From: Candidatus Altiarchaeota archaeon
GTDB taxonomy: Archaea; SpSt-1190
DNA: 55,466 nucleotides
Direction: 5' to 3'
Assembly: GCA_030590165.1 (NCBI GenBank)
Contig: JAUUZA010000002.1
Location: forward strand, 1 to 55,466
Shown here: positions 8,694-18,620 of the stretch, in pieces
How positions within the stretch are numbered: the stretch's first letter is position 1
Layout of the letters: every line of letters begins with the position of its first letter
The notes under the pieces: generated by a model
Databases searched by the model: none
Told to the model about the DNA's origin: nothing
What the model saw: only the letters and a program-made list of their open reading frames with translations
Translations under genes and position numbers: made by a program

Positions 8694-9122
8694 ATGAAAG
8701 ACAATCAATCTCAAAAAGAAATTTCTCAATATCAAAATTTAAAAGAGTCCGTTGAAAAAAGAAAAAACAAATTAAAGGATTATTTAGGTATAAAAGAACA
8801 AGATTTTGTAAAAAGTGCTTATTTTGAATCTATGAAACCAATTCGAGAAAATGGAAAGTATCAGGAACTAATTAAAGATGTTAATGAAAAGATTAAAACT
8901 GCAAATAAAGAAGGAGTCAACAACATGTATAAAATTTCAAAAGATTTTGGTGACTCTTTTAATAAAATTGGGAAGGTTGCAGATGAAAATTATAGGAGAT
9001 TTGAAGATTTAGCTGATGTAATAACTGAACTTATTGGATATGGTGGATTAGGAAACCCAAATGTTTACGAGGGAGCTAAATCAAATCTTGTAAAGTATTT
9101 GATGGATGGAGCTAAAGCATAA
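8694..9122 (+). CDS. hypothetical protein
   Basis: 142-aa ORF with AAGGAG at 8677-8682 upstream. No family recognised. Confidence 0.3.
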   Translation: MKDNQSQKEISQYQNLKESVEKRKNKLKDYLGIKEQDFVKSAYFESMKPIRENGKYQELIKDVNEKIKTANKEGVNNMYKISKDFGDSFNKIGKVADENYRRFEDLADVITELIGYGGLGNPNVYEGAKSNLVKYLMDGAKA

Positions 9123-9999
9123 GCAAAGCTTAAAAGTTTTTGAAGGGATTCGTCTTGTGATTCAAGGCTTTCTTTTTTTACTAATTTTGTTACCGACTTT
9201 AATCTGGTATATGCGAAAGAAAAGATTTGATATTAGTTATTCTTTATTTCTTTCAGGGATGATAGGTGCACTCTTGAAATACATGGTTTCTAATTCTCTT
9301 CGATTTACAAATGCACCACCTGCCCTTGATGTCATGATTTTAGCAACACTTTCAGTTTTTAATGGTAAATTTTGGATTGCGACGCTAATTTTCTTTTTAG
9401 GATACTTAAATGACCCACTTTTAGGGGTTTCAGGTCTCTTACTTGGATTTGGTTTTGGTAGGTGGCATCAAATTCGAAAAAAACGAATTTTTAAACAAAA
9501 AGGAGAACTTAAACGAAAAGTTTGGCATAGTGCAATGGGGTTGTTTGCCGCAGTTGTTATTATGTTGGTTCCAAGAAATGTTGGGTTGGGGCTCTGTCTT
9601 TTCGCAACACTTTCACCCTTGCTTATGTCCTTACCTATTTTTAGAAGTCTCGCACAAGAAACAAAAAGGTCAAATGAATGGATGGGGAAGGGAAATTTTT
9701 ATTATGGTTTAGGGGCTTTTCTTCCAATTTATTTAGGTCAACCTTGGATTTTATTGGTTCTTGCGTTTGGTGATGGTTTATCTACTTTGATTGGTAAATT
9801 ATTTGGTTATACACGACTTTATTCAAAAAAAAGTGTAGAAGGAACTTTTGCCGGTTTCCTTGCAGCTTGGGCAATTTCTCGACATTTTTATTCACCTGCT
9901 ATAGTTCCTGCAGTCATTTATCTCATTGCAGAACTTGTTGCTCCACTTGATGATAATTTTGCAATTCCTGTCGCACTTAGTCTTTTGTATATTTTTTAG
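9106..9999 (+). CDS. polyprenol/dolichol kinase or CTP-transferase family membrane protein
   Basis: Multi-TM protein. C-terminal motif GDGLSTLIGKLFGYTRLYSKKSVEGTFAGFLAAW matches the GD..a..iG...G....KS.EG signature of the CdsA/dolichol-kinase superfamily. Confidence 0.5.
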   Translation: MELKHKQSLKVFEGIRLVIQGFLFLLILLPTLIWYMRKKRFDISYSLFLSGMIGALLKYMVSNSLRFTNAPPALDVMILATLSVFNGKFWIATLIFFLGYLNDPLLGVSGLLLGFGFGRWHQIRKKRIFKQKGELKRKVWHSAMGLFAAVVIMLVPRNVGLGLCLFATLSPLLMSLPIFRSLAQETKRSNEWMGKGNFYYGLGAFLPIYLGQPWILLVLAFGDGLSTLIGKLFGYTRLYSKKSVEGTFAGFLAAWAISRHFYSPAIVPAVIYLIAELVAPLDDNFAIPVALSLLYIF

Positions 10000-11015
10000 A
10001 ACCAAGTTGAAAGGCCTTCTTGTTTATCATTTTTTGGACCGCGTTCAAAAATATTAAGAGTTTTTGTAACTCGATTTTCTGAAAAGTCATTTTCTTCAAT
10101 TAAAAATTCATTCACTTTATCGACTTCAGGTTTTTTCAATTTTAGATTAAAGTTTTTAGTATAAGGGGGATTTAAGAAAAAGTTCATTATTGTTTTTACC
10201 TCTGGCCATTCTTCTTTCCACTCAATTTCCTCAAGAGCTTCTATTCCCTTTTTTTTAATTAGGTCTCTAGCCTTAATAGGACCAATTCCATGTATTCCCC
10301 CTGGATTGAAATCAGTACCGACCAGAATACCTAAAGCAATTAATTCTTCTTGAGAGAAATTAAGGGCACTCTTAATTTGATTAAGTTTAATTAATTCTGG
10401 TGAAACTGTTACATACATATTTTTTTTTGGAAGTTTTCGTTTCCCACTTACTGTTAAATTTCGAATAAGGTTAAGTGAACCAAAAAGGAGGGCATCAAAA
10501 TCTTGACTAACTGTCGCCCAAACTTCATTATTTTTTGTCATTACTGCGGCTTGAGCTTCACCTTCACTCGGTGCTTGAATCCAAGGTATTCCAAGGAGGG
10601 TCAATAAACGTTTAGAATCGTCAATCATATATGAATGAAGTCTAGCAGATTGTTTTGAGAAAATTTGAATTTTAAAGGGGTCCCCTCTTTTTTTAGCTTC
10701 TTCAAGTTTCTTTTCAGCTCTTTTTTTCTTTTTTTCTCGCTCTTTTCGAATTAATTTAAATTCGGGCGGTTTCCCGTCAAAAACAAAGCAAGGTCTAATA
10801 CCATTTTCAATTAATTTAGCCGTCCTATAAAATAATCCAGAAACATGTGAAGTAATTTTACCTTCTTGATTCATTAAAGGTGTTCCGTCGCGTTGTCTTA
10901 TTGTTGTAATAAACTGATATAATATATTGAAAGTATCAATTGCCAGTTTTTTTCCTTCTAACATTCTAAATGAAATAGGTTCTGGATTGATGAGTTTTTT
11001 TATTTGAACTCCCAC
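9996..11015 (-). CDS. fen: flap endonuclease FEN-1
   Basis: MGVQIKKLI..., AIDTFNILYQF, FVFDGKPPEFK, PSEGEAQAA, SQDFDALLFG, GTDFNPGGI.GIGP. Full XPG-N/XPG-I architecture. GTG start. Confidence 0.9.
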   Translation of the reverse strand: MGVQIKKLINPEPISFRMLEGKKLAIDTFNILYQFITTIRQRDGTPLMNQEGKITSHVSGLFYRTAKLIENGIRPCFVFDGKPPEFKLIRKEREKKKKRAEKKLEEAKKRGDPFKIQIFSKQSARLHSYMIDDSKRLLTLLGIPWIQAPSEGEAQAAVMTKNNEVWATVSQDFDALLFGSLNLIRNLTVSGKRKLPKKNMYVTVSPELIKLNQIKSALNFSQEELIALGILVGTDFNPGGIHGIGPIKARDLIKKKGIEALEEIEWKEEWPEVKTIMNFFLNPPYTKNFNLKLKKPEVDKVNEFLIEENDFSENRVTKTLNIFERGPKNDKQEGLSTWF

Positions 11016-11080
11016 AAGATTTAAGTTCGGCTTTGTTTAAAAATCAACAATGTTTAAAAGTAACAATTTAGATAATTATT

Positions 11081-11266
11081 GTGAAAAAACTGAAGCAAAT
11101 ATATCACGAACTTGGTTTAGTTGTTATTGCTCTAATTTATTTGATTACCTTTATTACAAGACAAGATAAGTTTTGGGCTGGGCGTGCAACTTTCTTTTCT
11201 CTTTTTGTGCTTCTGGCAGTAGCATTATTTGATGTTGTGAATGAAAAAAGAGTTAAAAAATCTTAG
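11081..11266 (+). CDS. small membrane protein
   Basis: 61-aa ORF with two hydrophobic helices. Confidence 0.25.
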   Translation: MKKLKQIYHELGLVVIALIYLITFITRQDKFWAGRATFFSLFVLLAVALFDVVNEKRVKKS

Positions 11267-11274
11267 ATTTTTTA

Positions 11275-11970
11275 TCATACTTTTAATTCTTTAGTAATTA
11301 TTTCTTTCTCAATAAATTTTTCTATTTTCTTCTTCTTTATTTTGAAAAAAGAAACATCAAAATTTTCAGTGTCTATCCAAGCAGCATAACCGTCAGTGAG
11401 TGCTCCGGTGTTCACTATTTTTGTTTTTCCAACAGTATCAATACATCGAGATTCATGAATGTGACCACAAATTACCATGTCGGGTTGATAATCTTCAACT
11501 AAACTTCTTAAGAAAGGAGACCCAACATGACTTCCCGTCCAAAGAATATCCGCTTTTGTATCAAAAGGAGGAACATGAGTAACAAGAATTGTTTTACCCT
11601 TGGTTTTCTTTAGGATTTCATGTACTGGGGCATAATTAATAAAAACTTGATTTCCAGATTCAAGCCATTGAGCGCCTTCAAATCCAATTAAGGTTGTGTC
11701 CTTTATTTTTTTAGATTTATTGTGCATATCTATTTTCAATTTTTTCATTTCTTCTCTAACATCTTTTGGGTCTTCATTTCCAGGTATCATAAAAACATAA
11801 GGAGCAGTTTTATCCAGTGCAGATTTTATTTTAGTTACAAGAGTTTTAGGACCAAAGGGAGTTAAATCACCTGCAACAATTATGGCATCTGGTTTTTCTT
11901 CTAAATTTTCAATTAAAGTATATAATTTTTTTAAATCTCCATGTATATCCGCAACTGCAAGTATTTTCAC
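11275..11970 (-). CDS. calcineurin-like metallophosphoesterase
   Basis: Motifs ADIHGD, AGDLTPFG, GNEDP, VTHVPP, CGHIHE. Confidence 0.8.
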   Translation of the reverse strand: MKILAVADIHGDLKKLYTLIENLEEKPDAIIVAGDLTPFGPKTLVTKIKSALDKTAPYVFMIPGNEDPKDVREEMKKLKIDMHNKSKKIKDTTLIGFEGAQWLESGNQVFINYAPVHEILKKTKGKTILVTHVPPFDTKADILWTGSHVGSPFLRSLVEDYQPDMVICGHIHESRCIDTVGKTKIVNTGALTDGYAAWIDTENFDVSFFKIKKKKIEKFIEKEIITKELKV

Positions 11971-12018
11971 ATTTAAAATGAATCTAAAAGGTTAAAAAGT
12001 TTAGTAGTAAAAAATTAG

Positions 12019-12381
12019 GTGGATAAAGAATTTATAATACTCCTTGGTGTGCTCGTTTTAACTTTTTTATTCATTTTGCCTTCTTGGTCAAGTATTGAAG
12101 ATAAACTTGAAATTCAATCAGCTTCCCTAGAATTGGGAAAACTTAGTTTTTCCGCTAGTTATGCTGCTCCTTGGCACAAATCTTGTTATATTGTAACTTA
12201 TGGTCCCTTTATTTATGATGGGCAAGGGAATGAAGAAGGGAATAATATTTTTGTTCTTAGTAAACGAACAGGGATACTAACTAATACACTAATTCTTCAA
12301 CCCAATAAAACTTTAAGTTCTTTGAGATTGGAACTGTGGTGTGATAATAATAAATTAGTTGAAACTGAGAAGATTTTATGA
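12019..12381 (+). CDS. hypothetical N-terminally anchored protein
   Basis: 120 aa, GTG start, N-terminal helix FIILLGVLVLTFLFILP. 4-nt overlap with the next gene. Confidence 0.3.
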   Translation: MDKEFIILLGVLVLTFLFILPSWSSIEDKLEIQSASLELGKLSFSASYAAPWHKSCYIVTYGPFIYDGQGNEEGNNIFVLSKRTGILTNTLILQPNKTLSSLRLELWCDNNKLVETEKIL

Positions 12382-13199
12382 AAAAACAAATAATGATTTT
12401 TGGTTTAATTTGGGTTGTTACGATTGTAGGAATGTTTATGTTGTTTAATCAAGCAAATACTTATCCTCAAAATAGTTATTTAGGGAGTTATGATGAGGAA
12501 ATAAGTTTTGTTCGTGCAGAAAAAATGGCTTTTAATACGGATGAATATGGTGGTGAAAACACTATGTTGTCTTTTAATGTTTATCAAAAAATAGAAGTTG
12601 AAAATTTAGAAGAAGCGCGTTTGTCCATGAAGGATTTAATGATGTCCTTTCAAGGTTATGTTTCTGGAGTGAATGGTAATTATGAGAAACGAAAGAGTGA
12701 AACAATCACTATGAAAATTCCTACTGAAAATCTAGAATTATTTTTAGATTCAATTAAATCTCTTGGAAACTTAGAGAGTGATTCACTTTCAACTACTGAT
12801 GTGAAAAATCAATATGATGATGTTTCCGCCCGTATTGAAAGTTATACAATTGAACGTTCTAGATTATTAGATTTATTTGAAAGTGCTAATGAAACTTCCG
12901 ATTTAGTGGAAATAAGTAGTAGACTAAGTTTTGTGGAAGCACAATTGAAATATTATGAATTAAGACAGGCCGAACTTGAGAAATCAGTTGAGTTTGCAAC
13001 TGTTCGAATTTTATTTGAAGAAAAAATGACAGCGTTTTCACGTATGATTTTTGTTGAATTATCTGAACTTTTTGAAACATTTTCAAATAGTTTTAATGGT
13101 GCCCTTTCTTTATTATTTGGTGCAATTGGATTTACCTTACCTCTTCTTATTTTGACAGGAATGGGATTTGGAATCTTAAAATTGAAAAGGAAAAAGTGA
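12378..13199 (+). CDS. DUF4349-like secreted/anchored protein
   Basis: Signal anchor, central coiled coil (VSARIESYTIERSRLLDLF...AQLKYYELRQAELE) and a C-terminal TM. This architecture is typical of DUF4349. Assignment from memory. Confidence 0.4.
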   Translation: MKKQIMIFGLIWVVTIVGMFMLFNQANTYPQNSYLGSYDEEISFVRAEKMAFNTDEYGGENTMLSFNVYQKIEVENLEEARLSMKDLMMSFQGYVSGVNGNYEKRKSETITMKIPTENLELFLDSIKSLGNLESDSLSTTDVKNQYDDVSARIESYTIERSRLLDLFESANETSDLVEISSRLSFVEAQLKYYELRQAELEKSVEFATVRILFEEKMTAFSRMIFVELSELFETFSNSFNGALSLLFGAIGFTLPLLILTGMGFGILKLKRKK

Positions 13200-13201
13200 A
13201 T

Positions 13202-14920
13202 TCACTTATTCGTTGACCTTTTTTCAGCTTCTTCTTTTTCTTCTTTTAACTTTACTTTTGTTCGTATAATTTTTATGAGTTTAGCTTCAATTTTTTCTTG
13301 GTCTTTGTCAGTTATAACGCCTAGTGCCCATGCAACTTCTGGGGCGTATTTCAAAAAAATACTTCTGCGTTTTATTTTTATTGCCTCGCGTTTCATTCCA
13401 GAAAGATATCGTTTCAATCTTCGAGCAACATCCATTACTGCAAATCTAATTTCTTTCATTACTTCATCATTATCTGCTAAAGCTTGTTTTCCTGCTGATT
13501 TGTAAGGGATGTGTGGTGAAATAATATTAACAAAAATTGTAAGTGGAGCTTTTTCGAGGTCACTAATATTGTAATTTTTCCAATTAACACTTCGTACTGA
13601 TTTACTTATTGCACAACTTCCAGTATCAAATAATAAAGGTGATTTATTTGCAAAACGCATTATTTCCATTTTTTTCCCATTTTCATTACTTTTTCCGGCA
13701 CCGCCACCATATGCAAGAGCTACTTCAACTTGGAAAGGAATTCCACCTCGATAAACACTTGGTTTTCTTGTTAATACACTTATAAATTTAGCATTGAGTA
13801 TTTTTTTCAAACTAGTGGTCAAATGATTTTCCCCAATAGGAATAAGTCCTTCAGTTGAAGGTGAAAGAAGTTTTACAGTTTTAAATGCAGTTGTTAATCT
13901 TTCAGCTTCAGAGTGAATAAGTTTTTGAGGTTCTTTGTCTTCAACTTTAGCTATTTTGATGACTTCTTTAGAACGATTTGAACTTATTCTGGAAAATGAT
14001 GACTGTAAAAATTTACTAACTTTTTTAAGATTAGATCTTTTTGCGAATCGAAGTAAATCATCTGCAGATAAACCTAAAGGATGGGGTTTCATTTCCTTTG
14101 GTAACGGAGGCAGACTTTTTGCTGTTCGTCGCCATATGGTCTTTTTTTTATTTGGTTCTTCTAATATTATTGTTGCGTGAGGATTAGCAATTGCAGTTCT
14201 ACGTAAATATTCAAATGGGCCTTGTTCACCCTTCCTATAAATTATTTTTTTAAATTCAGTGACAAGTTTAGTTCCTTTCCAATCTGATTCGACTTCATTT
14301 TCTTCAATAATTTCGGCAGAATTTTTATCAACATCAACTTTAAGAAAAACAATTGAGGTTTTTCCAGCACCGGTTGAAGACATAATTTTTGTTGGTTTTC
14401 CTGTTGTCATTTGTCCAAAAAGAACAGCTCCAACAGCACCAATTCCTTGTTGACCGCGGCTTTGAACATATCTATGAAATTTAGTTCCCGACAACATACT
14501 TCCAAATACCTTGGGAATATATTCTGAAGGAACTCCAGGTCCATTATCTTCAATACTTATGATATAATGTCCTGATGAACCAGCGATTTCATTTTCAACT
14601 CTTTCCATCTTAACTTTTAATCTATTTATCAAACCGGGTTTTCCTGCCCTTTCAGCTTCATTTAATTTTTCTTGAAGCTTTTCAAGTTTAGTATTCCCTT
14701 TTGATTTTTTTGAACTTCCAATATCTTTAATTTTAATTTTTATTTCAGGAAGAATTCCATATTCTTCACAAGCATCTAATCCATTAGTTGTAGATTCATG
14801 AATAATTGTAGTAAAACTTCTTATGGCACCCGAATAACCCAACATCTGAAGATTCTTCCTAAAAAATTCAGCAACGCCCACTTCTCTAAATTTTTTATTG
14901 AATTCCTGATTAACGTCCAC
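13202..14920 (-). CDS. top6B: DNA topoisomerase VI subunit B
   Basis: GHKL motifs ESTTNGLDA, IEDNGPGVPSEYIPKVFG, SRGQQGIGAVGAVLFGQMTTGKP, plus a transducer domain. GTG start. Confidence 0.9.
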   Translation of the reverse strand: MDVNQEFNKKFREVGVAEFFRKNLQMLGYSGAIRSFTTIIHESTTNGLDACEEYGILPEIKIKIKDIGSSKKSKGNTKLEKLQEKLNEAERAGKPGLINRLKVKMERVENEIAGSSGHYIISIEDNGPGVPSEYIPKVFGSMLSGTKFHRYVQSRGQQGIGAVGAVLFGQMTTGKPTKIMSSTGAGKTSIVFLKVDVDKNSAEIIEENEVESDWKGTKLVTEFKKIIYRKGEQGPFEYLRRTAIANPHATIILEEPNKKKTIWRRTAKSLPPLPKEMKPHPLGLSADDLLRFAKRSNLKKVSKFLQSSFSRISSNRSKEVIKIAKVEDKEPQKLIHSEAERLTTAFKTVKLLSPSTEGLIPIGENHLTTSLKKILNAKFISVLTRKPSVYRGGIPFQVEVALAYGGGAGKSNENGKKMEIMRFANKSPLLFDTGSCAISKSVRSVNWKNYNISDLEKAPLTIFVNIISPHIPYKSAGKQALADNDEVMKEIRFAVMDVARRLKRYLSGMKREAIKIKRRSIFLKYAPEVAWALGVITDKDQEKIEAKLIKIIRTKVKLKEEKEEAEKRSTNK

Positions 14921-14942
14921 GGATAATCAAAACCAAGGGTAT

Positions 14943-15470
14943 TTAAAGGTTTTCCACTGAAGCAAGCCTTCTTTCAAGGTATTTATAAACGTTAGCGTGC
15001 GTTGCGCCTTTTAGTAGTTTTTCTAACACTTCTCTGAGTATTTGAGACCTCATGGGGTCACCTATTGCCCCTACTTTTTCTGAAGTAATTAAAATCCTAA
15101 GTTGAAGTTTATTTTCAAGAAAAGTTTTAACTCTACCCCGTTCTCCGATTATTCGTCCAAAAATTCGTTTTCTTTGTGATTCTGGAACTGCAGCGTCAAT
15201 ATCAAAAATAGTTATTTGTGTATTTTCTTCTAAAAGTTCAAATGCTTGATCTTTTGGAAATCCGAAGCCGATTGCTTTAATAACATCTTTTGTTTTTAAA
15301 ATGTTTAAGCTCTCGCCAAGGATAGTAACAACGCCATCTTTAATAATTAATTTAACATTAGCTTGTTTTTCAATTGCTTTTTTTACACTTCCACCTTTTC
15401 CGACTAAATTTCCTATGCGGTTTTCCGGTATACTAATTATTTCTTCCACTTTTATTTCCTCTTTAATCAT
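14943..15470 (-). CDS. KH-domain RNA-binding protein (Dim2/Pno1-like)
   Basis: Two KH modules (IGNLVGKGGSVKKAIE and IGRIIGERGRVKTFLE). Immediately downstream of the RIO kinase gene, which is the conserved archaeal pairing. Confidence 0.8.
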   Translation of the reverse strand: MIKEEIKVEEIISIPENRIGNLVGKGGSVKKAIEKQANVKLIIKDGVVTILGESLNILKTKDVIKAIGFGFPKDQAFELLEENTQITIFDIDAAVPESQRKRIFGRIIGERGRVKTFLENKLQLRILITSEKVGAIGDPMRSQILREVLEKLLKGATHANVYKYLERRLASVENL

Positions 15471-16172
15471 CTATAATTCTTTCTGAATATATTCTTTAAT
15501 TTCTTTAGGATTGGTTTCAATCAATTTTGAAAAGAAATTACAAATATTTTGGACATCTCTTTCCAAATAAGTATTAGCAAGTGGGTGACGTAAATCTACT
15601 GATTGAGCAACATCAATTATGACATGTTTATTTTTATAAAAAAGAATATTATATTCACTAAGATCAGCGTGAACTAATTTAGCAATTTGATACATTTTTC
15701 GTATGTCTTCAATAATTTCATGGAATGTTGTTTCAGGATTTTTTAATTTAACCTCTTTGAGTTGGGGTGCTGCTATTTTCTCACCAATAAACTCCATTAC
15801 AAGAACATTTTTCCTAAATGCGAAGGGTTTGGGACAGCTAATTCCGGCCCTAAACATTCTATTAAGATTTCCAAATTCTTTTTTTACCCAAACACGAAGG
15901 AGTGCTCTTTGATTCCCACCTATATGCCAAAATCTTGGGTCTCCCTTAATATATTCTTTAAGTGATTCAAATGCTGTTGTTTCAGCTTTATAGATTTTAA
16001 CTGCTAATTTATGGTCATTACTTGCACTAAATACTCTGGCTTCTTTTCCATCGGCTATTGGTCCACCAAATTCCCGAAAGACACCCCTATTAAATAAATC
16101 ATAGATTGATAGAAGGGTTTGTTTGTCAAACACTTTTTCAAGAATTTTTCTATCCACAAAAGTAAGGAACAA
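15471..16172 (-). CDS. rio1: RIO-type serine protein kinase
   Basis: GKEARVF, LAVKIYK, catalytic VHADLSEYNIL and IDVAQSV. No N-terminal wHTH, so Rio1-like. Confidence 0.85.
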   Translation of the reverse strand: MFLTFVDRKILEKVFDKQTLLSIYDLFNRGVFREFGGPIADGKEARVFSASNDHKLAVKIYKAETTAFESLKEYIKGDPRFWHIGGNQRALLRVWVKKEFGNLNRMFRAGISCPKPFAFRKNVLVMEFIGEKIAAPQLKEVKLKNPETTFHEIIEDIRKMYQIAKLVHADLSEYNILFYKNKHVIIDVAQSVDLRHPLANTYLERDVQNICNFFSKLIETNPKEIKEYIQKEL

Positions 16173-16186
16173 CCCTAACTTAAAAA

Positions 16187-16813
16187 CTAAGTTGTTATGG
16201 TTGAACCTTGTCGAGAATTTTGATTTGTTTGAGGTGTTTGATTGTCATATCTTTGAATTATGTTTATGTAAGAATTTGCATTTTCCAATAATTTTTCTTG
16301 TTTGTAAGTAAGGAAGGGCTTTTTATTTTCAATACAATCCCCGACTTTATTTACAAAATTTACAAATTTTGTTGCGAGAGGTAAGGTATATGCGAGAACA
16401 AAAGGAGTAAATAAAAGACCAAGCGCCCCAAAAAGTGCACCATAAATTGAACCTAAGAGTACTTGTTGATATGCATAAGTTCCTGCAAGGGCGGTAGCTC
16501 CAAGCCCTAAAAGTGGTTTTTTATAAATATCGTCCATTTCAAAACTTGGTTTGAGTTTAGCTTTTATGGGAAATTTATTGGCAGAGTCGACATAAGTTAA
16601 ATTATTGTTAATGAAATATTTACCTTTAGAGACATCATCAGTAAAAAAAAGATATTTTTTTACTTTATTTCTTCCATTTAATTCATTAAATTCATCAATT
16701 TCAATAAGATTTCCAATGGCGAATTTATTTTTTCCTTCAATTAGTATTCTTTTTTCTTTTGGATTATGTAAGGCATATTTTATTCCTTCCTTATTCATAA
16801 CCAATTTATACAT
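16187..16813 (-). CDS. hypothetical membrane protein
   Basis: 208 aa with C-terminal Gly/Ala-rich TM helices (LLGLGATALAGTYAY...GALFGALGLLFTPFVLAY). Confidence 0.3.
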   Translation of the reverse strand: MYKLVMNKEGIKYALHNPKEKRILIEGKNKFAIGNLIEIDEFNELNGRNKVKKYLFFTDDVSKGKYFINNNLTYVDSANKFPIKAKLKPSFEMDDIYKKPLLGLGATALAGTYAYQQVLLGSIYGALFGALGLLFTPFVLAYTLPLATKFVNFVNKVGDCIENKKPFLTYKQEKLLENANSYINIIQRYDNQTPQTNQNSRQGSTITT

Positions 16814-16834
16814 GTGATTTTGTTACTAACAAGT

Positions 16835-17638
16835 TTAAAGGTCTAATGCTTCAATAATTTTTTCTGGTGAAAATTCTTCTAAATCGCCATATTTTTGACC
16901 TTTTCCAATGAAGTAAATTGGTTTTCCGGTAACTTTTGAAACTGAAATAATTGCCCCACCTCTTTCATCAATGTCTGCTTTTGAAATTATAAAGCCGTCT
17001 ATTAAATGACTGAAAGCTTTTGCTTGTTCAACCGCATCATTTCCTGTTGTAGAATCAATTACCAAGAGAGAAAGGTCTGGTTTTGTAACTTTTTTTATTT
17101 TTTCAAGTTCTCTCATTAATCCTGAATCAACATGTAAACGCCCAGAAGTATCAATCATAACAATATCTATTCCTTTAGCTTTTGCATATTGAATTGTATC
17201 AAATGCAACAGCTGAAGGATCGGCTCCATAATTATGTTTAATCATTTTAATCCCAAGTTTTTTGCAATGTTCACTGAGTTGTTCAATTGCTGCGGCTCTA
17301 AAAGTGTCACTTGCTGCAACAACAACAGTTTTCTTTTTTTTCAAGAATCTATGAGCGAGCTTTGCTAATGAAGTGGTTTTACCAGTTCCATTGATTCCCG
17401 TTATTAATACAATAAATGGTTTGTTTTTGACTTTGATTTTTTTTGCTTCAAGTCCAGACAGAATTGATTGTTTAAGGGCTTTTTTGACATTATCTTTCCC
17501 TTTAATGTCTTTAATGAGGTTATCCACAACTTCAAGTGAAACTCCGGCTTCTAAGAGTAAAATTTCGAGTTCAGGAGTTATGTCCTTTTTTACTTTGGTT
17601 AAAATTTGTTTAATTTTCTTTTTTAAAAAATTAAACAC
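16835..17638 (-). CDS. ftsY: signal recognition particle receptor FtsY (NG domain only)
   Basis: GINGTGKTTSLAKLA, DTSGRLH, SKADIDERGG. Only 267 aa, with no acidic A domain. Confidence 0.9.
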   Translation of the reverse strand: MFNFLKKKIKQILTKVKKDITPELEILLLEAGVSLEVVDNLIKDIKGKDNVKKALKQSILSGLEAKKIKVKNKPFIVLITGINGTGKTTSLAKLAHRFLKKKKTVVVAASDTFRAAAIEQLSEHCKKLGIKMIKHNYGADPSAVAFDTIQYAKAKGIDIVMIDTSGRLHVDSGLMRELEKIKKVTKPDLSLLVIDSTTGNDAVEQAKAFSHLIDGFIISKADIDERGGAIISVSKVTGKPIYFIGKGQKYGDLEEFSPEKIIEALDL

Positions 17639-18047
17639 CTTGACCAGCCCTCATTGCAGAATTTATTTCAAAACTTAATTTTTCTGATTCTTGACTAAGC
17701 ATAGTAATATTCTGAAATACTGTTTCTTCCTGTTTTTTTAATTCTTCAATTTGTTTTGAGACTATTGGAACGGCTTCATTAATTGGTTTTTCAACAAAGA
17801 CCCCGGCCCCAACACTAACTATAACTTTGCCACTTTCATTTAAATTTGCTTTAACATATGAGGAAGCCCCAAGTGGAATAAGAAGGTCATCTCCTTTTTT
17901 AGAGGTTTTAAGATTTTTTAGTCCAACTTTTAAAATACTTAATTCATCAACAGCCTTTGTAACTTCATTTAAATGCATCTGCATTCCTCTGATTTGTTGA
18001 TTTAGATATTCTAATTGTATTAATTTAGTTTGAAAATTTTTTTCCAT
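17631..18047 (-). CDS. pfdA: prefoldin alpha subunit
   Basis: Coiled coil, double beta-hairpin (LIPLGASSYVKANL...VIVSVGAGVFVEK), coiled coil. Overlaps the ftsY start, which is the conserved pfdA-ftsY pairing. Confidence 0.75.
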   Translation of the reverse strand: MEKNFQTKLIQLEYLNQQIRGMQMHLNEVTKAVDELSILKVGLKNLKTSKKGDDLLIPLGASSYVKANLNESGKVIVSVGAGVFVEKPINEAVPIVSKQIEELKKQEETVFQNITMLSQESEKLSFEINSAMRAGQGV

Positions 18048-18068
18048 GTTTAAAAGTTACTCCTTCCT

Positions 18069-18566
18069 TTAAAGGTTTTTCAGAAAATCTAAAGTTTTAT
18101 TTGATTCCCATTTTGTCATTAATTTCTGAATTTTTTCTGCTACTTCAATTGGTTTTAAATTACTTGTATCTAAATCAAACACCTTTTGGTGTTGTTCTCT
18201 TGCTTCTTCAGAAATTAGGTTCAAAGCTTCAGATTCTGTGTTTTCCTCAACTTTTGTGGCAAACCACTTTTTTACTCTTAGTCGTTTTAGAAGTTGTTTT
18301 GGCTTACATCGTAAAACAATAATTGCATCAACAGGAAAGAAATGACTTAAGTGACCCTCAAGTATACAATTTTTAGGAAGTTCTATTTCTTTAATTGCGC
18401 GTTCAATATCAACTTCCCAAGTATCACGATTTTCGTCCTTTTGTATTTTAAAATTTTTTAGAAGTAAATAATTTAGATTAATTATGGAATAATTTGTAAC
18501 TTTTGAAAGTAATTTTGCGACACTTGTTTTTCCAATTCCAGGTGTCCCAGTTATTGCCAACTTCAT
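18069..18566 (-). CDS. Fap7/AK6-like adenylate kinase (small-subunit maturation)
   Basis: MKLAITGTPGIGKTSVAKLL P-loop, ~165 aa. I prefer the ATG at 18566 over the TTG at 18620, which would abut the divergent nop10. Confidence 0.65.
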   Translation of the reverse strand: MKLAITGTPGIGKTSVAKLLSKVTNYSIINLNYLLLKNFKIQKDENRDTWEVDIERAIKEIELPKNCILEGHLSHFFPVDAIIVLRCKPKQLLKRLRVKKWFATKVEENTESEALNLISEEAREQHQKVFDLDTSNLKPIEVAEKIQKLMTKWESNKTLDFLKNL

Positions 18567-18620
18567 ACAACTAAGAAGGGAAAACCATTTTATAGCCTTC
18601 GTTTTACTTCCTCTGTGCAA

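Noticed and set aside
18567-18620. N-terminal 18-codon extension of the Fap7-like kinase (TTG start at 18620)
   Set aside because: It would leave no intergenic space to the divergent nop10 ATG at 18621. The P-loop normally sits within about 10 residues of the N-terminus, which fits the ATG at 18566.
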